Part shown: positions 14,401 through 24,700 of the stretch, piece by piece
How positions within the stretch are numbered: the stretch's first letter is position 1
Layout: each line of letters opens with the position of its first letter
Assembly: GCA_043228905.1 (NCBI GenBank)
Contig: JBHGNT010000014.1
Location: 17,918,001 to 17,982,000, forward strand
Reading direction: 5' to 3'
Length of the DNA: 64,000 nt
Source: Azolla caroliniana
Lineage: Eukaryota > Plantae > Polypodiophyta
Program-made: the position numbers and the translations under genes
The notes under the pieces: model-generated
Seen by the model: the letters and a program-made list of their open reading frames with translations, nothing else
Databases searched by the model: none
Told to the model about the DNA's origin: nothing

Positions 14401-17400
14401 TAGCTTATGTTACTTGTTGCAAGACTCGCCTTTCATGTTTTCGCACTTCGATTATGTAGTCTAGTAAATGTTTTAACATTTTGAAACTCCTTTACAAAGG
14501 ATAATGTAAGCTTTGTTAATTGCCCTAAAATATTCTCAAGCCTTAGCTTACGAGTCGCATGCTTGAGGAACACATGGGCTAATGGTGACGACTCATGGGT
14601 GATTTGTTTAGTGTGCTTGGGACATCGTCATCAAACAAGACACAAACACTTGAAACATGTTTGTACATTCAATGTATTATCTTTGGGACTAGAGATGTAT
14701 AATATGTAAATTGTAATAGTAAAAAAGCATATAACCTTAATTTGAAATATTTTAGCCAACATTAGCAATGTTTATTTTGTTGATTAAATAGCATGGATAT
14801 TTCATACCACATGTTTGCTTTGTAGATTTAGTATACACTTAATCTTTTTGTTGCAATTACCCCTTATTGATCAACCATACTCTCCAACATTTGCAATAAA
14901 CTATCCACGAAATTAGAGCCAATGCCAAATTCTTTGGCAGTCAAGTATATTGTTGAAATGTTTCATATTGAGATTAGTGACATTTATTATAACACAAAAT
15001 ATGTCCCTCCGAAGCCCCAAAAAAAGTTTTACATTTTTTTTTTCCCCAAAAACAAAGCCCCAAATTTAGTTTATTTAATTCCACCAAACACCGACAAGTA
15101 GAACGCTAAACTAATTGCGTTTTCACATTGGTTAGGTGTGTCTATGTCATTTATTCTCATTGATCCTCTAGTCCTATACAAATATGTAAAATTTGTAGAA
15201 GTGACAAGGAAATTTGCAACACAACCATTTAATAACCGACAAGACATGTGCTAAGTCACAATGTGAAATTTTGATTGTTTTTTAGGTTACGTGTTGATGA
15301 ATCTTTGAAGCTCAAATATGCGAAGATGAGTTGCAATGGTAAAACTTGTGCTTTTTGCAACATTACCGTTGTTGATTCAAATCTCGAACAAATATGCTTG
15401 ATATTGAGTTCATTTTAATCGCTCTAAAAAAAGGTGTTACAATACTGCTATCGTTTTCACTTGTATCGTGGAAAGAAAAAGATGTCAATATCAGTGTCCT
15501 TTAAAAGGCACAAAATCTTGCATATGTTCGTAATATTTGTGCATGTCTTTTTGTTTTGTCTAATCATATTGTGACACAATATTTGGAGTTTGGCACCGTG
15601 TTAACAAAATCAAACACATGTAACATCAACCCTTAATTCTATTTGCATTAGGATAGCAAGATTTCTGGGGTATGCGCATAATACCAAAAACTTCCCTCTC
15701 GCTAACAAGCAATTCATTTTACAGTAATATTTTAATGAGTTTTTATAATTCTTTCATAGCATTGAAAGACTTGTACAAGGAACTATTGTGAATAACAAGT
15801 GCATCCTTTTACATGGGATGATTCATAATGAGCTATATGATGTGATGACATTCCATATTAATTGATCCAAGCCTTACAATAGAATAACATTTGTGTCCTT
15901 TATGATAATGTTCATAATAACAACAATAGTTTGGTATGTTACATTTAGGTCCTACCCCATTAAAATACCTTAACAATATCATATATATAAAAATTTCATG
16001 CTACATTTAGTTGTTTCCCTTCTTAGTATTGCCATAACAACATCAAATTTATATCTTCCAATGTGTCTTGTCAAGCAAACGGAATTCTCCAAATTCATAA
16101 CATTGTTTTTCCTTGGCATGCGAAGTCAACCACAACCACATATTTTTAAGTGCCTCATGAAAATTCTATTTCTATCTATCTATATATGTATATTGTCACA
16201 CTCAAGATGGATTGAATTCTCTTTGATAGGGAGCTCATGGTACAAATTGCACCAACAAAATTTATGCTTCCTTGGCATATGGCATAAGATTAAGATGGTG
16301 GGAAGCATCCTTCTGGTTTCAAGTTCCCTAAATAGTTTGCATAGCACATGATATTTTTGAATAAAATCTAGTGGTAAGTAGTGTTTGATGCATGTAGCTA
16401 TGGATGATGCCCCAAAGGTGGAGAAGGTGACATGAAGGATAAGATCAAACAAGCGAAACAAACTACAATGAACTTGAACACATGTACAAGCCATTGTGAA
16501 TAGATTCCAAGTTTGAACATAATACAAGATACTACTATTGATTGATTGTGTGTATAACAATATTGAGTGATCTAGTTTAGTCATTAAAGATATTGTGTTA
16601 CCATTAGGAACCCATTTAAAAGATGGTTCTGCTTTTGCCAGCCATTCAATCCATGCCAACATTTGACTTTTGTCACTTTGAATAACCATGTCAAGACATT
16701 CAAGGCATCACTCTGGTATGAAAAGATTGTGTGCAAATATCTGAATATGTAGAGCTCATCAAGGGCTAAGGTACCCATTTCATCAATGGCCTGATAAGGT
16801 AAGTACCAAAGCATGACATATCATTCACCAATCAGTAAGGTAACTAGAGTCCTCAAATAAGACTTTGCAGACTTTTCTGAAGAAAATAGAGAGTAAAGTT
16901 GAAAGAATTTGGGTGACAAACTCAAATTCAATTCCACACTTAAAGCATATAACTTCACTTAAAAACAAGCATCAATGGGAAGGCATTTTCAATTTGAAAA
17001 TACAAATTAAGTAAATCAGTAAACATCTAGGATTGGAAATCATGTTTAAGAGTTGCAAAAGCACAACCTTACCACTGAAAATTGCATCTGATTCAAAAAT
17101 ATATTTTGGTTGATACCAGTAAAATATACAACTTAAGATAAAAAGATCGAATCAAAAGAGGGAATCTCTAAACAATAGTCGTGCTATAAAATGGGTAGAA
17201 AAACCAAATTCCTCTCAAAAATAGGTTTTTGCAAAACAAGAAAGAAAGTCCGAATTCACCGAACCAAAATAGTCTACTACATGATCAATGATGCTGTGAT
17301 CATTTTAGGATCAGAACTCTGATCAAACGAATGCTATCTCAAAGCAATAGCCCTACTACAAAGCAGTAACAAAAGGATATATGTCGAGAGAGTAGGTTCC

Positions 17401-17595
17401 TATTCAAAATTCCTATTTAAAGAAGAAATGTCCATCGCATGAAATTCAGTGAAAAACTTGATGTGAATCCAGATATCACCACCCAATAGAAGAAGCCTTG
17501 GGAATATGAACTCCTATGACATTCTTGTTTGATCCATAGTAGCAGAATTTGGATACAAGAAATGGCACCTGTATCCATACTTTGGACATGAGTTT

Positions 17596-18895
17596 TCATA
17601 TGGCATCTTTGCTATATCCACTATATGCACCCTCTTTATGGGCCTTGTAAAAGGTATGAAATGCCACAGCCAGTACAAGGGAGAGGAACATGAACATGAC
17701 AATGTTGACGATCGCCACTTTTCTCCAATCGTGCTTGACCTTCGCCAACACTCCCGCTCGGCACGAATCGCATCCAAAGCACAACTCGCTCTGATGGTAA
17801 TCGTAGGTGTAGCAATCAGGGTCTGCATCTTGACTAAGCGGCCGTGTCCAATACGTTGCATTCAAGAACAAAAAGTTGCAAACAGTCGGGGGTTTGCAAC
17901 ACCCAGACTACAGAAAACAGCCCAGAAAAAAGAAGGAAATAAAAAACTTAACACAGATAACAATTAACTCAAACTAAAAAATAAAGTCTTTGTATAGAAG
18001 AAACTACATTGTCTTACATGTTCTGCACATACATACATGAATAGTCACATTCATGCATAGGTACGCACATATCATGTGTATACAAACACAAACCGGCAAG
18101 TATGTATGCATGTTTATGTATGGAAGCATGCATGCATGTGTGTATGTGTGTGTATGTAGGTATGCATGAATGTGTGTATGTAGGTATGCATGAATGTGTG
18201 TGTATGTAGGTATGCAGGTATGCATGTATGTTATATGCCTGTATGTATGTAGGTAGATATGTAGGTATGTAGGTATGCATGTATGCCTGTATGTATGTAT
18301 GTATGTATGTATGTATGTATGTATGTATGTATGTATGTATGTATGTATGTATGTATGTATGTATGTATGTATGTATGAGCAAAGAAACAGTAGTGAGTAC
18401 CTGAAGGGGAGTAAGGAGAGCATTGTTGAAATCAGTTGCAAGTTTGTATGCTTCAAGGCCATTACACACATGTGCATCTTCCAGACAAGACCTGATCTTC
18501 TTCCAATTCTCACTATTGTGAACCTTCCTTCTCAACCATGTTGAATACTCGCCAAGCCTGTAATCCTTATATCCTTTCCCAGATAACACCTCCCCTGCTC
18601 CTCTATCAGTCACAGCAAATGCAAATATAGTGAAACATAGAAGCAACAAGATGAAGAAAGACATGGACACCATGTAGAACCAGAGAATCCATGCTGAGCT
18701 CCTCAATGTGCCAATGAGCCCCATGATAGAGAGGAGCAAAATGAAGAACCCCAGTGCTGTGATGGGGGCTTGAAGGAATTGGTAGCAATCAGAATGGTGC
18801 TTTGTGGAGAGCCATATCCCTGAGGAAATGATGGGGATAGAGAGAATGAGGGAGGCTAGGTTTGTAATGATCAGGAAATGCTTACTCAAACCCAT
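17596..18895 (-). CDS. TET: Plant tetraspanin, 268 aa; exons 18401-18895 and 17596-17907
   Basis: Exon 1 has three hydrophobic TM segments and ends LTPLQ|gt. Exon 2 begins ag|SGCCKPP (plant tetraspanin GCCK/RP motif), then a Cys-rich EC2 ([13 protein letters not shown]) and TM4. The single intron just before SGCC is typical of plant TETs. Confidence 0.96.
18100..18376. repeat. (TATG)n microsatellite in the tetraspanin intron
   Basis: Perfect GTAT run ~18288-18376 with a degenerate extension to ~18100. Confidence 0.93.
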
Positions 18896-18930
18896 CTCTA
18901 CTGATTCAAGCTTCTCTGCGTAGAACCTTA

Positions 18931-18961
<31 letters not shown>

Positions 18962-19420
18962 AAACCCCGACAGAAAAAACAGCTCCTGCGATATTTCCCT
19001 CTAAATGAAGAGGTGAAATTTTGATGTTCTTCAGTTTTTTTTTTCTTTGTTGAAGAAAAGCAGGATGGGTTCTTCTCTGTTTCTAGTTAAGAAACGTAGA
19101 AAACACTAAAGCTCTTCTCTCTCTGTCTCTCTGTCTCTGTCTCTCAAAATGAAAGTAGCGGGAACTGAGTTCTGCTCTATTTCTTGTTTAAATCCTTACA
19201 AAGCCCTAACACACACAGACCACAGACACCTCTCTATCTGTTACTGAATGGAAGAAAGCAAAATGGGTTCTGCTCTGTTTCTTGTTTAGAACCCTAGAAA
19301 ACCCTAGAAACACTACTCTGCTCCTCCTCTCCCTGTCTCTCCCTCCCTCCGTCGCTCTGTGTTTGAATTTTGTAGCTTTAGTAGCTGTTGGTAGCTTTTC
19401 CACTTTCACATTGTACTTTT

Positions 19421-19549
19421 TAACCCTAATTCCTCCATTAAACCCTAAATTCCTCTAGTAAACCCTAAATTCCTCTAGTAAACCCTAAATTCCTCCAGTA
19501 AACCCTAAATTCCTCCATTAAACCCTAAATTCCTCTATTAAACCTTAAT
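19421..19549. repeat. 20-bp tandem repeat (~6.5 copies), each containing a telo-box AAACCCTAA
   Basis: AAACCCTAAATTCCTC(T/C)A(G/T)T repeated head-to-tail, ~530 bp upstream of the tetraspanin ATG. Confidence 0.9.
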
Positions 19550-21199
19550 TAGGGGGGGCGGGGGGGGCTCGGGAAATGAACTTGAGACCTCGATTTCTCG
19601 TGTCTCTCAGTCCGGAAGCTCACAGAAATGGCAAATACTGTTCGTTGATCGGTCGTAACGAAGAAAAAGCGTGAGATCAATCGCTTTGATTGATTGTGTT
19701 CTAGAAATTCCATGGGAGTGAATGACGAGTCCTATATAACATGGCATGTGCCATGCTGGTGAATGGCCCGCCATGGCACGAGAAACTTGTGTCATGCCAT
19801 GGCCAGGTTGTATGTGCCATGGATAGTGCCTCGCCCGGCCCGATCACTAGAGACATGTTGCACCACTCGTTGCATAATGGTAACACCTTATACCGAAATG
19901 AAAGGGGCTACATCAAACTGTAGCCGCTCCCCCAATCCTCGACACTCTGATTTTGTATTGTTCAAACATTTGTTCGATTATCACTTACGCTTACCCTATG
20001 CATATTTGCTATTTCTCGTGGACTCCCGCTTTTGGATCTACTTTCAAGAATGTAACCTAAACATTACCAAACACTTAAATCTTCTAGCTCCACGTAAGCG
20101 CACACACATGTTATCTATGTATGAATGTTCATACATTGATTACTTGACAACACCTTGAATTCTCAAAATTGCGTGCAAATGTTATGTATGTATGAATGCG
20201 CATAAATTAGTTACTTGACAACACCTTGAATTCTTAGAATTCTGAGGGTTTATTGCACTTAACAATGTGTTGGAGAAGAAGCATAGTGGCTAAATGTTTG
20301 GCTAAAGAAAAAAACAATAGTTGGTAATATCGGGGGCAAACAAACATGTTTCTAATATGGGGAAATTACTTAGAATATTCTGGTGTTACCAAGATCCACC
20401 TAATTGACCGACCTCGATTTACGCCACCTTCAGTAACTTCCTCAAAGATTAGCAAGCGCACCAACCTTAGTTGGCAGCCAAACAAACCTAATTTGATACA
20501 TTAAGCATAAAGGAATAAATGAGACCGACTAGTTCTGTTCCTCTCTATGTGCGTTTCACAATATGGTCATCTGCCAAATAACATGCTTGTTTGTTTTTGA
20601 AATTATCTTAATATGAGTGGTTAGCGTTGATGATCTTAATCACAAAATAAGTAGGTTAGAAGCTAACCTTGCAAATCCCTTTCTAAACATAGGGCTAATT
20701 GAGTCATTTTCCCTTTGTTTTGACTAATTACAATACCGTTTTGCAATCAAAGATTGATTAGTAAACTATATATTGTAAATAGCATACCAAAAATTCTATC
20801 TACAGTAAATGAACCTTGTATATAAAACAATTAGGACGTCAACGTGAGCACATATTTGAGTGTCATGTGATTGTGGGCATCAAAATTTACCAATATATAA
20901 GTAATATTGAAAAATAAGCTATGTGCCTTTTGGAAATTCAAATATTAAATTCTACCAAAGTGAACCTCAATCACTATTGGCGTATCAATGTCATCTCTCT
21001 ATCTATATGGATGTCTATGTCTATGTATGTATTTATCCATTTCTCTATATATTTGAACATTTTCAAGGCCAAATGACCCACCAATGTCTATTCTTTTATG
21101 ACTTAGATCATTATTGGAAAACCTTCAATAGCTAGTATGAATTTTGTAATTACTCATTTGATTATGATTGTGATGCGAAACTTGGGCTTTGGAGTCGGA

Positions 21200-21737
21200 C
21201 CACCTTGGGGCTCGGGTTCCATTCAAAAGACAATCCCTATTTTATGTGAGTCGAGGTAATATTATGACAACCTCCTATTTCAAATAGTTTGTAGGCTATT
21301 GCTAACTTGCAAAGGGTTGAAATCAGCCTTAATTGAGTGTTTGTGCCTTTGACACTCATTACAACATTTTCTCCATATATCACACACGAGAAGACCATTT
21401 GTAATCTTTTCCTCGATATGACATCAACATTGAAGTGATTATCACGACTCCCTAAATGTGCTTGCTATATCACAACAATGCCATCATGATCTAGCATGCT
21501 CTAATGTAGGACATTGCCTTTTTCTCACATTAAAGACTTTTGAGAACATCTCATCATCATGAATGACTCGCACCTTTTTCACCTATGAACATGTTGCATC
21601 TTTGATGAGTTGTCAAACGAGGACTCCTTTAGTCAACACTCACACAATGCTAGACACATACTCCAAGTCTGTATTAACAATGAAAAGTATGGCAACAAAC
21701 GATTCATCTTCTCTATCCCTATGGCTTCTGACCATTA
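21200..21737 (-). mobile_element. Highly degenerate Ty3/Gypsy pol relic (integrase zinc-finger part), left portion
   Basis: Minus-strand remnants AH..HF..CNECQRHK resemble the HHCC integrase zinc finger and are colinear with the RT/RNase H relic right of Copia-1. Many stops; boundaries approximate. Confidence 0.5.
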
Positions 21738-21742
21738 TGAAG

Positions 21743-24700
21743 TGTTGGGATTACGGTCCCTCCGGATGGGATGGTCGGATGTCCGGGAATCGGGAATGAA
21801 GACCCAGTTCCGGAGCCGGATGATGAAGACCCGGTTCCGGATCCGGATGATGAATGTACCCGGAGAGAGATCCGGATGCGGGGACATATTTGTGAATGTG
21901 TTTGCCAAGGCCCCTTGAGGCTATATTTGTAAATAGCCCGAAAGTCATATGTGTATAAATATGACTTAGGGCAAACAGTTTTGTAGTTGTTGCTCATTTT
22001 TCTGTTTTCCACTTAGAGGGAGCGAAGTGAGAGCAGCCGAGAGAGAGAGTGAGAGAGAGAGAGAGAGAAAGGAAGAGGTCGACGCCTCTGTGTAATACTG
22101 CCGCCTGTGGCGAGGACAGCGAGCTCAAGGTCGTCGCCTTGCAGCTCGCCATTGTACATTCCCTGTGTATAGTGATAGTTGGAGTCTTGCACTCCCGTGG
22201 TTTTTCCCGTCTAGGGTTTTCCACGCTAAACCCTGTGCATTTGAGTCTCCCTCTGTGTTTTCGATTTACTGCTGCATTGATTCGTGTTTCCTCGGTTGTG
22301 GCCGAGAGGTGAAGGTTTTGGAAAGCGTCAATTTCTAACAATTTGGTATCAGAGCGACTGCAGTGCAGAAAATGGAAGGCGGCAGCAGCGGGGAGCCGGG
22401 GATGATGGTGCTGAATGCGCAGAACTACGCCGACTGGAAGATAAAGATGGAGGATCTGCTCATTGTTCGGGACCTGTATGAACCGATCGACAGGTCGGAA
22501 ATACCCAAGGGGGTACTTGAGACGGAATGGAGGCTTCTGAACCGGAAAGCCGTTGCAACCATTCGGCAATACGTCGACGTGAGCGTTCTACAACATGTGG
22601 CGAACGACACCAACGCATATGAGATGTGGCAGAAGCTGTCGGGCCTCTACGAGAGGAAGAATGCGTTGAACCGGACCTCCCTGATGAGGAAGATAGTGAA
22701 CCTCAAGTACCGGGACGGCGAGAGTATGATGGAACACGTAAGCACGTTCATGGGATTCGTGAACCAGCTTGCGGCGATCAAGTTCCCGTTGGAGGATGCA
22801 ATGCAAGCCATCATGCTGATGTGTACATTGCCGGAAAGCTGGGAGAACTTGGTGGTGACTCTCAGCACCTCCTGCACCGAAGATAACTTGTCCCTACAAA
22901 CGGTAAAGACAAGCATTTTGAACGAAGAAGCGCGTCGGAGAGATAAAGAACCGGCCTCCGATCCGAAGATGCTGCTTACCGAATCGGATCGGGGAAGACA
23001 ACGGAACCGGAGTCCGCAAAGACGGGAGAAGTCGGGGACCCGGTCGCAGTCAAGAGGAAGGCCCACATGCTTCCACTGTGGGAAGCCGGGGCACTTCCGA
23101 AAGAATTGTCGGCATTACCGAAAAGACAACGGAGCCGACGACACCGATTCGAAGAAGTCTTCGGAACGGAACGGTGCTTACCGGGGAGCCACGGACCGGA
23201 ATGGTTTGGATCGGCGAGGGCAGGACCGGAAAGGAACGACGGCACTCGCGGCAAGTGAAGAGGAGATCATGCTCATCACCGAAGAAGGTGAACTAAACAT
23301 TGCCGGCGATGAGACTACCTGGGTGGTCGATTCCGGAGCGTCGTTCCACCTGACCCCGGAAAGAAGATACTTCTCATCCTACACAGCCGGTGAGCATGGC
23401 TGTGTTCGGATGGGAAATGAAGGTACGTGCCGGATTGCCGGCATAGGAGACGTGTGGTTGACAACCTCGACCGGATGCAAAATGTTGCTGAAGGATATCC
23501 GACACGTTCCGGAGGTTCGATTGAACCTGATTTCGGCCGGGAGGCTAGACGATGAAGGCTACACAGGTAGCATCCGGAACTGCGTAATGAAGTTCAGCAA
23601 GGGGAGCCTGATAGTGGCTCGGGCCCGGAAAGTCAACACACTGTACCTTATGAATGCCTGGTTGTGTCCGGAGGAGTTGAACGTGGCAGCCGACACTGCC
23701 GGTGAGCTGTGGCACAAGAGACTGTGCCACATGAGTGAGAAGGGGATGAAGAGGCTTGCAGAAGACAACCTTATTCCAGTGAAGCATGTGCACCTGGAGA
23801 AGTGCACCGATTGCCTGGCCGGTAAGCAGAACCGAACCTCCTTCCACTCAAGGCCACCGACGAGACGTAGCGCACCCTTGGAGTTGGTGCACACTGACGT
23901 GTGTCAAGTAGAAACGAAGTCACATGGCGGAGCTCAGTACTTCGTGACAATCATTGATGACCACAGCCAGAAGCTGTGGACGGCACCGTTGAAGACAAAG
24001 GACCAAGTGTTGTGCGTCTTCAAAGAACTGCACGCGAGAGTGGAAAGGGAATCCGGCAAGAAGCTGAAAGCGATACGAGCGGATAACGGAGGGGAATACC
24101 GAGGGCAGTTCGAGGAGTACTGTCGCTCGAAGGGAATCCGGCTCGAGTTTACTGTGCCGAAGACGCCGAAACTGAACGGGCTGGCCGAGAGGATGAACCG
24201 GACCATAATGGAGAGGGTCCGGAGTATGCTGGCGCATGCGAAATTACCCAAGGGGTTTTGGGCTGAGGCAATGTCGACGGCGACATACGTGATAAACAGA
24301 TCACCCTCAGTACCTTTGGACGGAGACACGCCGCAGAGAGTGTGGACCGGTAGGGAAGTATCCTACCGGCATCTGAAGGTGTTCGGGTGTCTCGCATATG
24401 TGCATGTGGCAAAGGACCGGAGAGGAAAGCTAGATCCAAAGACCCGGCCATGCATATTCCTCGGTTACGGCGATGACGTGTTCGGCTACCGAGTATGGGA
24501 CCCGGTCGACAAAAAGATATTCCGGAGTCGTGATATCATCTTCATGGAGGACAAGACACTCGCCGACTGGGAGTCGGAGAAGAAGATGAAGAGCTCCAAG
24601 TCGACCGGTGAGGATCAACTCTACGAGGAGCAGTCCCGACCGGCAAGGGACCGGTTAGCACTCGAGGATCCGGCCGAAGACGGTGAAGAAACAGAACCGG

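Noticed and set aside
19421-19549. Interstitial telomere
   Set aside because: The period is 20 bp with a non-telomeric spacer, not (TTTAGGG)n.
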